Shown in pieces: positions 19,245 to 29,467 of a DNA stretch of 64,000 nucleotides. The notes beneath the pieces were generated by a model. It made no database searches. It was not told where the DNA came from and saw only the letters and a list, made by a program, of their open reading frames with translations. Origin of the DNA: an uncultured Candidatus Saccharibacteria bacterium (GTDB lineage: Bacteria; Patescibacteriota; UBA1384; XYA2-FULL-43-10; 1-14-0-10-43-13); NCBI GenBank assembly GCA_964628585.1, contig CAZVMH010000002.1:33751-97750 (forward strand). Direction: 5' to 3'. The position numbers were made by a program, and so were the translations under genes. The first letter of the stretch is position 1. Every line of letters begins with the position of its first letter.

Positions 19245-21170
19245 ATGGTTAAAATTATTCGTAAAATATCATTATCATTATTACTCCTAGGTTTACTTTT
19301 TTCCTATTCAGAAGCAGCTGATCCTGCTTTGCCGGAAGTAATGGTGGGACAACCTAGGGTTTGGTATGGGGCAGCAGCTCCCTACACGTATGTTTACGGC
19401 GGTTTTTCTGGTAGCGAAGCAGTTTATAACTATCAGAACGATCCTGGCCAAACAATGGGGGAGAGGTTAGCCCCAAGTTTGAGTTTAAGTGGGACAACTA
19501 ACAGTTATATTGATGTAGGAACTGGTCCTGTTATTACAGGACAGGGTGATTTTTCGGTTTCTCTTTGGTTTAAAAGAAACGGACCCAATCAAGCAAATGA
19601 TTGGCAAATGCTTGCGACCCAAATTGGCATTCCTCACATGTCAAATTTTAAATTACAATTTAATCATACTACTAATAAAATACACTTTAGCATTTTCGGC
19701 ACTTCCGATGGAGTTTCTTGTGGTGGTGCTGGAATACCTGAATTTGAAGTGATATCAAGTACTTCCATAAACGGAACAGACACAAAATGGCATCATGTAG
19801 TTGCTCAAAGAGTTAATCAGGGAGGAGGAGTAACGAAAGGTCAACTCTGGCAAGATAATATAAAAGTGGCAGAATCAGGGGCATCAACCGGTATTGTTTA
19901 TTTGAACACTCCCACTCCAACTTGTTCTGGATATGTTGATGCGACAAAGAGTAGGGTTGGTATTGGTTCTACTCCAGAATCGGTAAGAAGTGGTTCTAAT
20001 CCCGCAAACTCTTTTAAGGGTAATATTGATGAAACAAGAATATATACAAAATCTTTAACCTCTACAGAAATTTCTCGGTTGTATAAGGGGACAGAAACAG
20101 CAGAGGACAATTTGTCGTCAAATGGTCTCAGAGCCTATTGGAAATTTAATGAGGGCGCAGGATCGCAAGTCTTAGATTCATCTGGTAATAACTATACTGG
20201 TAATGCGATCAATACTACATGGAATGCCAATGAAGGTGCTTCGCCTGTTGATTCTACTAAATATGATAACATGGGCTATGATTTATTTGGATTTGATACA
20301 ACTGCCTTGGCTGATTGCATAAATGGGATAATTTTAGGACGAGACAGGTGTTTTGTCTCAAATTCTTCGATGAGTAATATTGTGGTTATGAATAGTCGAA
20401 CATATATTAATGATAATCCAGCTACAGAGGTGGCAGCACTTTTGTCTCCACCGAAGCCATTAATAGCGGGAGATGCCTATTTAGGTGCCCTTCTTGATCC
20501 AAATAACTTTGCTTATTGGGGAAAGAATTTGACTGAAAGAAGAAGTGCGGGTACTAGTCCAAATGCATATTGGGGGATAGGATCGTACGCTAACATATTG
20601 GCGAGCGATATACCAAAATATGAAGAAAAAATTAATATTGCTTTAAAAAGTGCCAAATCAATAACTTCGTTACCGAACTCAATGGGCCTTCAGGGTAGCG
20701 GTGATATGTCTGATATTTCAAGCGAAGCTGACAAATATCCCAATGGTAAGGTTTGGTCCATGAGCGCGCCTGGAGGCCAAACGAATTTTGGAAGCCCTAG
20801 AACATATATAGGAAAGGGCACACTGATTATCAAAAATAATGTTTGTTTTGGCTATGCTGCTCCAAACTGTAATGCGTCAAATTATACTTGGAAAAAAAGA
20901 GTGGATGGGAACACAAATGATTATCAAATGGGCATTATTGTTCAGGGGAATGTAAACATTGCAAGTGGTAGCACAATTGAGGCAGCAATATTTTGTACCG
21001 GGACTATGACAGTTGGTGATAACGTTACATTAAGGGGATCTTTTGTAGCACAGCAGTTCTTGTTTAGTGGTACTGGAAGTGGTACAAAATTTATTTATGA
21101 TGAGAGTTTGAATAAAAATACTCCACCGATATTCGGTGAGTTGAATATGCCGAATCCGACAGAAAATTAA
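19245..21170 (+). CDS. Secreted LamG/concanavalin-A-like domain protein (candidate pilus adhesin)
   Basis: FSVSLWFK, KWHHVV, FKGNIDETRIY, YWKFNEG; beta-helix-like C-terminus. Confidence 0.75.
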   Translation: MVKIIRKISLSLLLLGLLFSYSEAADPALPEVMVGQPRVWYGAAAPYTYVYGGFSGSEAVYNYQNDPGQTMGERLAPSLSLSGTTNSYIDVGTGPVITGQGDFSVSLWFKRNGPNQANDWQMLATQIGIPHMSNFKLQFNHTTNKIHFSIFGTSDGVSCGGAGIPEFEVISSTSINGTDTKWHHVVAQRVNQGGGVTKGQLWQDNIKVAESGASTGIVYLNTPTPTCSGYVDATKSRVGIGSTPESVRSGSNPANSFKGNIDETRIYTKSLTSTEISRLYKGTETAEDNLSSNGLRAYWKFNEGAGSQVLDSSGNNYTGNAINTTWNANEGASPVDSTKYDNMGYDLFGFDTTALADCINGIILGRDRCFVSNSSMSNIVVMNSRTYINDNPATEVAALLSPPKPLIAGDAYLGALLDPNNFAYWGKNLTERRSAGTSPNAYWGIGSYANILASDIPKYEEKINIALKSAKSITSLPNSMGLQGSGDMSDISSEADKYPNGKVWSMSAPGGQTNFGSPRTYIGKGTLIIKNNVCFGYAAPNCNASNYTWKKRVDGNTNDYQMGIIVQGNVNIASGSTIEAAIFCTGTMTVGDNVTLRGSFVAQQFLFSGTGSGTKFIYDESLNKNTPPIFGELNMPNPTEN

Positions 21171-21230
21171 TTGTTTGCATTATTTTATCCATTGTTTTAA
21201 AATATAGTTAGTTTAATTTTGGGAGGGTGA

Positions 21231-22028
21231 ATGAATCCAGATGACTCAAATACTGGTACAATGGAGTCTCAACTTGCGGGTTCTCCTTTTGTAAGTCCAC
21301 AAAGGATTGAAACGGAAACTGCACCGAGCTCTGCTTCTGAAAGTTCAGCACTAAAACATCAAGAATTTCGGCCAGAGGCTGACCTGTCTCATCAAGCCAA
21401 GACGGATCATCTCGGTGCTGAAAAAAAGCACGATGAGAGCAATCTTATTCATTTTGAGGATCATAAATCTTTCAATTTTGGTTTGGCTTTGGCTTGGATT
21501 ATCGCCCTGCTTTCAATTACAGCAACATTATATTTTTGGTGGCTTAATCGCAACTTAACAGATGCACTGGAAGACAAAAAAGAAAAAAGAACAGCTGTAG
21601 TCTCTCAGCTAGAATCACCGGGCAATAAAGAGGTGGAGACAGAGGCTAACAATTTTAAAGCTTCAGTTGCTGCATTAACTGCAGCAAAAACAGCTCGCAG
21701 TCCTGTCGGAACTTTTTTACCAGATTTTTACACAAAAATTGACAATGATGTAAAAATTACCTCAATGTCTATGAGTGCCGGAGGCGCCCTAAGTATTGCT
21801 GGGACCACTGCAAATTACAGAACAATCGCCGATCAGGTCATGGCTCTAAAAAGCTGGTCTCAGCTTTCCGATGTCGATCTAACTTCTTCTTCTTACTCTG
21901 TTGATGCCGAAAACATAAAAAGCGCGGCTAGTTTTAGTATAACGGCAAAAGTAAAAAGCAGTAGTACTACAACTACCGGCGCATCTGCTACTTCTGTTTC
22001 CGGTACCACAACAGGAGGGGCACAATGA
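21231..22028 (+). CDS. pilN: Type IV pilus assembly protein PilN-like
   Basis: TM + coiled coil + ferredoxin-like domain ending FSITAK; precedes pilO. Confidence 0.7.
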   Translation: MNPDDSNTGTMESQLAGSPFVSPQRIETETAPSSASESSALKHQEFRPEADLSHQAKTDHLGAEKKHDESNLIHFEDHKSFNFGLALAWIIALLSITATLYFWWLNRNLTDALEDKKEKRTAVVSQLESPGNKEVETEANNFKASVAALTAAKTARSPVGTFLPDFYTKIDNDVKITSMSMSAGGALSIAGTTANYRTIADQVMALKSWSQLSDVDLTSSSYSVDAENIKSAASFSITAKVKSSSTTTTGASATSVSGTTTGGAQ

Positions 22029-22645
22029 CCAAAAAATCAAACAGCACTTTCTATGGAGGAGTTACAGTTTTAATAGTGATATGTTCATTCATTTATTCAT
22101 GGAAGTTTTTGGTGCCAAAATACAATACTCAAAAAGCCGAAATAAAAGTTGTTGAGGATGAGTTAAAAATGGCTACAAATAAACTTGAATCTATCAAAAC
22201 TACCAAAGTCACACTCGAGAGTTTAAAACCAATTACAAATCAGCTTTTTATAGCGGTGCCGGGCGACAAAGATTCGCCAAATTTGATTACCGAGTTAGAA
22301 GCTTTGGCTTTGAAGAACAAAATAGTAATTCCTTCGATTCAAATTGCAGAAGGATCAATCGCTAATTCTGGTGGTGAGACAGCTACAGCCTCCTCTGGTG
22401 CAAATGCCGTTTCAATTAGTTTTGCAGTCAGCGGTTCTTTCGAAAATTTAAATTCTTTAATTGTTTCGATTGAAAAAGACATCCGCTTTATGAATATTAA
22501 GAGTTTTTCTTTTTCGGCAAACGAAAAAGATTCAAATCAAATGTCTCTAACACTTCAAATTGAAGCATATAGGCGGTCAGCATCGGCTGCTACAGCTACT
22601 TCTAGTAGAGTGCCAAGCGCAACTACAAATGCAACAGGAGAATAA
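22025..22645 (+). CDS. pilO: Type IV pilus assembly protein PilO
   Basis: TM, coiled coil, VPxxxDxPNL, SGSFENL..IEKDIR. Confidence 0.8.
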   Translation: MTKKSNSTFYGGVTVLIVICSFIYSWKFLVPKYNTQKAEIKVVEDELKMATNKLESIKTTKVTLESLKPITNQLFIAVPGDKDSPNLITELEALALKNKIVIPSIQIAEGSIANSGGETATASSGANAVSISFAVSGSFENLNSLIVSIEKDIRFMNIKSFSFSANEKDSNQMSLTLQIEAYRRSASAATATSSRVPSATTNATGE

Positions 22646-22647
22646 TT

Positions 22648-22908
22648 ATGAATAAAAATAGCGTCGGAGTTATTGTCAGTTTAGTCTTTGCTCTAATCAC
22701 GGCCGGTTCTTTTTATTGGCTTTGGATTGAGGCAAATAAGCCTGTTTCAGTGCCAACTTCAAAAGCAAAAAACTATACCGCGGTGGAAATTGAAGCGGTC
22801 AAAACCCAAGCCAATGATATTTTGAGTTCGCTTGAAAAAAATAGTGATATTCCTCTTACCACTCCAACTGCCAAGATGGGCAGAGTCAATCCATTCATAG
22901 GACTATAA
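22648..22908 (+). CDS. Small PilP-like membrane protein
   Basis: TM and C-terminal GRxNPF motif; follows pilO. Confidence 0.6.
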   Translation: MNKNSVGVIVSLVFALITAGSFYWLWIEANKPVSVPTSKAKNYTAVEIEAVKTQANDILSSLEKNSDIPLTTPTAKMGRVNPFIGL

Positions 22909-22998
22909 ATTTACAATAGCTCATAGCTCATATATCATATATTTCTCATTTATTAATTGATCAATAAAAAAATAATTATTTTAGATGAGTTATGAGCT

Positions 22999-24234
22999 AT
23001 GGGATATATTAAATTAGATGTGGTAAATGGAGAACAACCAACGGTGGGGAAGAACAATAATCGTCTAGAAAACTTAGCCAAAAGGCCTTGGACAACCCAG
23101 TCAATACTGGATGTTTTTGTATTACAGGGGCTAATTGAATATTCTGATGCTGAAAAAATTGGGCGTAATTTTAAAACCAATAATCAGATTGAAAATTTTC
23201 TTATTAAAAATAAAATTGTCACGCCCGATACAGTAAACAAGGCCTACAGTATTTTATTAAAATTACCCTTTGTAGGGCTTAAAAATGTTGAAATTCCGGC
23301 TGAATGTAAGCTGGTCGTTACCAAAGAAATTGCTAGAAAATATGAAATTATTCCTTTTGATATAGATAGAAACACATTACGGATCGCAATAGCCAAGCCC
23401 TCAGCTCTTATGCTTGGATATTCCTCGGGGCTTTTGAGCGTTTTTAACTCCAAAAATATTAAAGTCGAGGTATTTATTACTGGTAAAAGCGATTTTTTAG
23501 AGAGTATTAAGCAATATGAAAAAGAAAATTCTCTTTTGCTCAAAAAGGGTAGTTACCCCACTATATTTTTACGCAACTACCGAATGTCACGATTTTTTTT
23601 AGAAAAATTACCGCTTCAATTTGTTAAAAAATATCGAATAGTTGTTTTTGGTGAAAATATTAGTGGTGATTATATGATAGCTTGTGAAGAGCCAAATTCT
23701 CCCTTGACAAAGAAAGTCCTTCAAGCAATTTCTCGTGAAAACAAAATAAATATTGAAGTTTTTGCTGCTTCAAAAGATGATTTTGATTATATTACCAATC
23801 ATTGGTATGATATAGGCAACTACAACTTGGAAGAAGTCGAGGAGGAGGTAGGAGGGCAATCTGGAAAAATAGAATCTTCGGGTGTGTTTGATCTGGGAGA
23901 ATTTTTGGGATTAAATAAAATTCCAGCAAAACCAAAAATTACTATAGATTCAATTTCACAGATCGAAGAAACCAATAATTCAGAGTTACCAATAATTGAT
24001 TTATCGAGCATTAAGATTGATAAGTACTTTTTGAAGATTTTGCCGAAGGAGTTATCACAAAAATATCGTGTGGTTGTCTTTGGGTCAGAGAAAAATGGAG
24101 CGCTGAAGCTAGCCACAGACGCACCAAATTTGCCCAATATGCAGAAGACAGTAGATTATATTAAAAGTCAACATGCAATAAAATTATATCAGTGTTTAAC
24201 AAAAGATTTTGACAACTTTATCAAACAAATTTAA
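22999..24234 (+). CDS. Stand-alone protein of repeated T2SSE_N/MshEN-like domains (detached PilB N-terminus)
   Basis: Three repeats: EIARKYEIIPF, QFVKKYRIVVF, ELSQKYRVVVF; no ATPase motifs. Confidence 0.7.
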   Translation: MGYIKLDVVNGEQPTVGKNNNRLENLAKRPWTTQSILDVFVLQGLIEYSDAEKIGRNFKTNNQIENFLIKNKIVTPDTVNKAYSILLKLPFVGLKNVEIPAECKLVVTKEIARKYEIIPFDIDRNTLRIAIAKPSALMLGYSSGLLSVFNSKNIKVEVFITGKSDFLESIKQYEKENSLLLKKGSYPTIFLRNYRMSRFFLEKLPLQFVKKYRIVVFGENISGDYMIACEEPNSPLTKKVLQAISRENKINIEVFAASKDDFDYITNHWYDIGNYNLEEVEEEVGGQSGKIESSGVFDLGEFLGLNKIPAKPKITIDSISQIEETNNSELPIIDLSSIKIDKYFLKILPKELSQKYRVVVFGSEKNGALKLATDAPNLPNMQKTVDYIKSQHAIKLYQCLTKDFDNFIKQI

Positions 24235-24239
24235 TAAAC

Positions 24240-25790
24240 ATGAGTGACGATCAACCAAAAATAAATACAGTGGCTCCAATCCAAGCAAAACCCACAATAT
24301 CATTAGGTGGTTTTTTCGATAAAGCTTTTTCCGCTCAAAGTAATCAATCAACGGATCAGAAAACAAATAAGAGCACACCAATCGAACCTGCCGCGAATCA
24401 GTCCCAGAACCCACCTGTAGCTCCTACTTCGGCTGGACAGGATAATATTCCCCAAACACAGGAAAAAGAGATCGATTCAGAGTTTGACAAGAAAAAAGAT
24501 ATTAGTCAATCAACATCTCTTGACAATAATGATATTGGTAGCTTGGTTACAGGAAATATTTTAAATATTAATCAACTTGCTGAGATTATTAAAGAAGGAT
24601 ATGTTCCTAAAATAGTGGCGGCAATTATTAACTTTGCTCTCAATAATCGTGCTTCCGACGTTCACATTGAACCCCAGTCGAAATCGATGCGCATTCGGAC
24701 AAGAGTCGATGGTATTTTAACCGATATTGCAAAACTATCACTTGAAATGCATCCGCCCATAGTTAGCCGAATAAAAATATTGGCCAAGTTAAAGATTGAC
24801 GAAAACAGAATTCCGCAAGATGGTCGTTTTGATGTTACTTTCTCGGACAGACAAACAGATGTTCGTGTCTCAACTTTGCCAACCGTTCATGGCGAGAAGG
24901 CAGTTATGAGAATTTTAGATAAAAATCAAAAGATATTGACGCTTGAAGATTTGGGTCTTAAGGGGGAGGCTTTTGACAGAACGGTTGAGGCGATTTCAAA
25001 GCCTTGGGGGGTTATTTTATCCACAGGCCCTACTGGTAGTGGTAAATCTACTACTCTTAATGCAATAATTGCACGATTAAATCAACCGGGGGTAAACATT
25101 TGTACATTGGAAGACCCGGTTGAGTATGAAACACCGGGAGTGAACCAGTCACAAGTGAAACCAGATATCGGTTTTACTTTTGCTACTGGTTTGCGTAGTT
25201 TGTTGCGTCAGGACCCAAATATTATTATGGTTGGTGAGATTCGTGACGGCGAAACAGCCGGTATGGCAACTCACGCCGCTTTAACAGGTCACCTGGTTTT
25301 AACAACGCTCCATACCAACGATACTGCCGGAGCTTTACCCAGATTGATTAATATGGGAATTGAGCCATTTTTAATAACATCTTCAATGAATTTAGTTATT
25401 GCTCAGAGACTGGTTCGTCTAATTTGTCCAAAATGCAAAGAAGAAATGAAAGTGCCACCAAAATTACTGGAAGAGATTGAAAATGTTTTAAAAACAATAC
25501 CACAAACAAATAAAAAAGACTTGGCCAGAATTCCGGCCCAAAGAAAGTTTTATTATGGACGAGGTTGCAGTGAATGCGTACAGGGCTACAGGGGAAGATT
25601 GGGGTTGTTTGAGGTAATGAGCATGACAGCTGAAATTGAAGATTTTGCAATTGCTCACAAATCGTCTAGTGATATAAAAGCCGCCTCAATTAGAGCAGGC
25701 ATGATTACAATGAAACAAGACGGGGTTTTAAAAGTGTTAGAAGGATTAACCACGCTTGACGAAGTGTTCCAAGCAACAATGGACAACTAA
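24240..25790 (+). CDS. pilB: Type IV pilus extension ATPase PilB/GspE
   Basis: ASDVHIEP, PQDGRF, GPTGSGKST, LRQDPNIIMVGEIRD, tetra-Cys motif. Confidence 0.92.
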   Translation: MSDDQPKINTVAPIQAKPTISLGGFFDKAFSAQSNQSTDQKTNKSTPIEPAANQSQNPPVAPTSAGQDNIPQTQEKEIDSEFDKKKDISQSTSLDNNDIGSLVTGNILNINQLAEIIKEGYVPKIVAAIINFALNNRASDVHIEPQSKSMRIRTRVDGILTDIAKLSLEMHPPIVSRIKILAKLKIDENRIPQDGRFDVTFSDRQTDVRVSTLPTVHGEKAVMRILDKNQKILTLEDLGLKGEAFDRTVEAISKPWGVILSTGPTGSGKSTTLNAIIARLNQPGVNICTLEDPVEYETPGVNQSQVKPDIGFTFATGLRSLLRQDPNIIMVGEIRDGETAGMATHAALTGHLVLTTLHTNDTAGALPRLINMGIEPFLITSSMNLVIAQRLVRLICPKCKEEMKVPPKLLEEIENVLKTIPQTNKKDLARIPAQRKFYYGRGCSECVQGYRGRLGLFEVMSMTAEIEDFAIAHKSSSDIKAASIRAGMITMKQDGVLKVLEGLTTLDEVFQATMDN

Positions 25791-25792
25791 TC

Positions 25793-25876
25793 CAGAAATG
25801 GATAGCTAATGTGTACCAATAGCCAATATACAAATTATTAGTAAATTAGACATTAGTGCAAACTAGACATCCATTT
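25793..25876. repeat. 84-nt imperfect palindromic repeat, copy 1
   Basis: 76/84 identical to 27014..27097 (hand count); ends AAATGGAT...ATCCATTT. Confidence 0.9.
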
Positions 25877-25945
25877 GTGATCTTTGTTGCTTAAGCTTAC
25901 ATCTTATAATATAATGTAACAAGAAGGTATTTTTTAGGAGGGTGT

Positions 25946-27013
25946 GTGGAAGCAAAAACAAGTGGTGAGATCAATAAATATCTCGATTTTGCAATTGAAA
26001 AAATTGCCTCTGATATTCATATAATTTCCGGAATTCCAATAGTAATTCGTATAGACGGGAAACTTTTTGCGGTTCCTGGCTCCAACCCAAACACTCCAGA
26101 AAAAATAAAAGAACTCTTAGACGGTTTTGTCCCCAGAGAACTGGGCGAGTTATTTAAAATCAAAAAAGAGCTCGATTTTTCTTTTGGTTATAAAGAAATG
26201 CGCTTTCGTGTAAATATATATATGGAAAAGAGCGTTCCGGCCGCTTCTTTGCGACTAATACCCAAAGCAATAAGAGGATTTAAAGAACTTGGTTTGCCAC
26301 CAATACTGGAAAAATTTACCGAACATAATCAGGGCTTTGTGGTTTTGGCTGGCCCAACCGGTTCTGGCAAATCGACAACTTTGGCCGCGATTGTGGATAG
26401 AATTAATGAAAACTCTTCAAAACATATTGTTACAATCGAAGATCCTATTGAGTATGTCTTTGAACATAAAAAAAGTATTATTTCACAGAGAGAAGTTGGA
26501 TACGATACAGAATCTTTTCCAAAAGCGTTGCGTTCGGCTTTGCGAGAGGATCCAGACGTTGTTTACATTGGTGAGATGCGAGACTTAGAGACAACAGAGG
26601 CCGCCTTAACTATTGCCGAGACCGGTCACTTGGTCTTTACGACTTTGCATACCAATTCAGCCGCTCAAACGGCCGATCGTATTGTTAATATTTTTCCAAC
26701 TCATTTACGACAACAGGTAGCGAGTCAACTTGCCTCTGTTCTTCTCGGTGTTGTGTCGCAAAGATTAATTCCAAAGGTTGGTGGAGGAAGAGTCTTGGCA
26801 GCGGAAATTTTGATTGGCAACTCTGCCGTTAAATCGTTAATTCGAGAAGAAAAATCATATCAAATTCCAAATGTTATTCAAACATCGGCAGCAGAGGGGA
26901 TGATTTCTTTAGACAAAGTTCTGGCCGAATATGTTTCAAGGGGGGAGATTACACTAGAAGACGCCCTGTCCTGGTCGCTTGATCCAAAGAGCTTTAAAAT
27001 GATGGTATATTAA
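25946..27013 (+). CDS. pilT: Type IV pilus retraction ATPase PilT
   Basis: GPTGSGKSTT, LREDPDV..GEMRD, AETGHLV..TLHT, AVKSLIRE (AIRNLIRE-like). Confidence 0.93.
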   Translation: MEAKTSGEINKYLDFAIEKIASDIHIISGIPIVIRIDGKLFAVPGSNPNTPEKIKELLDGFVPRELGELFKIKKELDFSFGYKEMRFRVNIYMEKSVPAASLRLIPKAIRGFKELGLPPILEKFTEHNQGFVVLAGPTGSGKSTTLAAIVDRINENSSKHIVTIEDPIEYVFEHKKSIISQREVGYDTESFPKALRSALREDPDVVYIGEMRDLETTEAALTIAETGHLVFTTLHTNSAAQTADRIVNIFPTHLRQQVASQLASVLLGVVSQRLIPKVGGGRVLAAEILIGNSAVKSLIREEKSYQIPNVIQTSAAEGMISLDKVLAEYVSRGEITLEDALSWSLDPKSFKMMVY

Positions 27014-27097
27014 CAGAAATGGATAGCGAATGTGTACCAATAGCGAATATACGAATAATTAGTAAATTGGCCATTAGTGCAAATTAGACATTCATTT
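27014..27097. repeat. 84-nt imperfect palindromic repeat, copy 2
   Basis: Direct repeat of 25793..25876. Confidence 0.9.
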
Positions 27098-27102
27098 ATA
27101 AT

Positions 27103-28308
27103 ATGAGTAAATTTCTTTACAAAGCAAAGGGGCCTAACGGTAGAACCGTAACTGGAACCGTTGAGGCGAAAAACGAAATCGAGGCTGAGGCACTACTTAC
27201 TCAGCATAGCTTAGTGGCGGAGGAAGTTGTAGCAGTAAACGAATCGCCACTCGATTTTTTGAGGAATATTTTTTCGCGCATAAATGATAAAGACAGAGCA
27301 ATTTTTGCTCGTCAGCTTTCTACTATGGTTTCGGCTGGCTTAACGCTTCCAAAATCGATTAAAGTTACCTCGAATCAGGCCAGAACAGAGAAACTTCGAA
27401 ATATATATATGGATTTGTACAAGCAGTTGGAAGAGGGTAAAACTTTTTCTTCTGCTTTAAGAGATCATCCGGAAGCGTTTAACGATGTGTATGTTGCGGT
27501 TGTGGCAGCCGGTGAACAAACAGGTAAGGTAGATGTGGTTTTAAAACAGTTGGCAACTCAATTGGAGAACAATAACAATTTTGTAGGCAGAGTTCGCGGG
27601 GCGCTATATTATCCCGGTTTTATTATCGTAGCTATGGTGGCAATAGCAATCTATATGCTAGTAAAAGTTATTCCTGCTCTTAAAGGAATTTTTGATCAAG
27701 AAGGCGAGCAACTGCCAATTGCTACTCGCATTCTTTTGGCTATGTCAGATGCGGTTCAGGTCTATTGGTGGGCGGTTATTATGGTAATAATCGGGATAGT
27801 TATATTTTTGCGTTTCTTTTTTGAATCGCAGTCCGGCGCAGCAGTCAAAGATAAGTTGGCGATAAAAACCCCTGTCATAAAAAAAATGTTTGAGGGAATG
27901 TATATGTACCGAGTAACCGAGATTATGGCAATGCTTCTCGGCGCTGGTGTTCCACTTTTGAATACAATTAAAATTGCCGCCACAACAGTAAACAACGGTG
28001 TTTATGAAGAAAGCCTGCTCAATGTAGCTAAATATGTTGAGCGAGGCGTGCCACTTTCAGTTCAGCTGATGAAAGAGCCGGTTTTTCCGCCAATTTTTGG
28101 CCAGATGGCCTCTGTGGGTGAGGAAACAGGCCAACTCGATAAAGTTTTGAAAAAAGTTTCGGATTACTACCAAGAGACAACAGACCAGATGATTAAAACT
28201 CTTTCAACTTTAATCGAACCGGCAATTTTGCTCTTGGTTGGAGCCGCCGTTGCCTTTATTGTTTTTGCGGTTTTGGTACCTATATATAACATTGCCCAGA
28301 TAGAGTGA
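27103..28308 (+). CDS. pilC: Type IV pilus platform protein PilC (T2SSF)
   Basis: FARQLSTMVSAG, GEQTG, GEETGQLD, LIEP. Confidence 0.92.
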   Translation: MSKFLYKAKGPNGRTVTGTVEAKNEIEAEALLTQHSLVAEEVVAVNESPLDFLRNIFSRINDKDRAIFARQLSTMVSAGLTLPKSIKVTSNQARTEKLRNIYMDLYKQLEEGKTFSSALRDHPEAFNDVYVAVVAAGEQTGKVDVVLKQLATQLENNNNFVGRVRGALYYPGFIIVAMVAIAIYMLVKVIPALKGIFDQEGEQLPIATRILLAMSDAVQVYWWAVIMVIIGIVIFLRFFFESQSGAAVKDKLAIKTPVIKKMFEGMYMYRVTEIMAMLLGAGVPLLNTIKIAATTVNNGVYEESLLNVAKYVERGVPLSVQLMKEPVFPPIFGQMASVGEETGQLDKVLKKVSDYYQETTDQMIKTLSTLIEPAILLLVGAAVAFIVFAVLVPIYNIAQIE

Positions 28309-28344
28309 TATAATATTAATATATTAAATAAATTAGGAGGAAAA

Positions 28345-28947
28345 ATGGATAAACCTAAAAAAAGGCCTGTCCTGAGCTTGTCGAAGGGGTTCACGCTCAT
28401 TGAGTTACTGGTTGTGATTGCCATTATTGGCATTTTGGCAACAATTATTATCATTAATGTTGCCAATGCCCGTGGCAAGGCCAACGACGCAAAAGTATTA
28501 AGTGATCTTTCCGGAGCACAAAGAAGTATAGCTGCATGTATTGCAGATGGCAAAGTTCCTACTAATGGTGCCACTGGTTTTCCGCCTGCTGGGAACATAG
28601 ACCCCCCCACTGTGGGACCATCAGGTGGTGATTTTGGTGGGAAAACTACCTGCGGACCTAACTCTGCTACAATGCCAGTTCTTAATGCGAATCTTAGAAG
28701 TGCTAACAAGAATTATTGGAATTATGTTGGTGGCGGTATTGCGAGCGAAAAACTGGGATTTGATTCAAAAACTAATTATTTTAAATTTGCTGCCACAACT
28801 TCAGCGGTTCAAGTTAATACACCAAGTTACTTAGAACTTGACCAAGCATTACATAATGGTATCGATGGCTGGATAGTAATAGAGTGTGATAATAATGGTT
28901 GTACAAAATGTAAGACTAGCGTATCGAATGTTTGTACTAAGTATTAA
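28345..28947 (+). CDS. Type IV pilin
   Basis: G|FTLIELLVVIAII class III signal; C-terminal Cys residues. Confidence 0.9.
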   Translation: MDKPKKRPVLSLSKGFTLIELLVVIAIIGILATIIIINVANARGKANDAKVLSDLSGAQRSIAACIADGKVPTNGATGFPPAGNIDPPTVGPSGGDFGGKTTCGPNSATMPVLNANLRSANKNYWNYVGGGIASEKLGFDSKTNYFKFAATTSAVQVNTPSYLELDQALHNGIDGWIVIECDNNGCTKCKTSVSNVCTKY

Positions 28948-29047
28948 TTAAAAATATTATCCCGTTATTATTGGTCGATCGGGAGGTTAATCCCGCTAAA
29001 TATTACCCGTTAACGGATATTTAACTGGGATTTAATAAGGAGAAAAA

Positions 29048-29467
29048 ATGAAAAAATTTAAAAAAGGTTTTACTTTAATCGAATTACTTGTTGTTATCGC
29101 TATTATTGGTATTTTGGCAACAATTATTATTATTAATGTTGCTTCTGCCAGAGGAAAAGCCAATGATTCCAAAGCATTAAATGATCTAGCAACTGCTGCA
29201 AAAGTTGCAGCACTGTGTCTTGCAGAAGAAGGGACGATCGAACAAATTGATGCCGCTGATACCGGTGGTGGTAATATCTGTAGTTCCGCTTCTGTAACTG
29301 GAGATTGGCCAGGATTAAACCAAAAATCACAAACTGGTAGTCTTTGGGCATATAACTCTGAAGATGTTGGGGCTGGCAATGAACCAACAGATGGTAGTTT
29401 CGGTGCTGGAGCAGGTACAAATAAAATAAATTGTACCGTAACGGGCTGTAATAAAGTTGGTTTTTAA
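29048..29467 (+). CDS. Type IV pilin (candidate major pilin)
   Basis: G|FTLIEL; strong AAGGAG RBS; short, GCT/GGT-rich codons. Confidence 0.9.
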   Translation: MKKFKKGFTLIELLVVIAIIGILATIIIINVASARGKANDSKALNDLATAAKVAALCLAEEGTIEQIDAADTGGGNICSSASVTGDWPGLNQKSQTGSLWAYNSEDVGAGNEPTDGSFGAGAGTNKINCTVTGCNKVGF

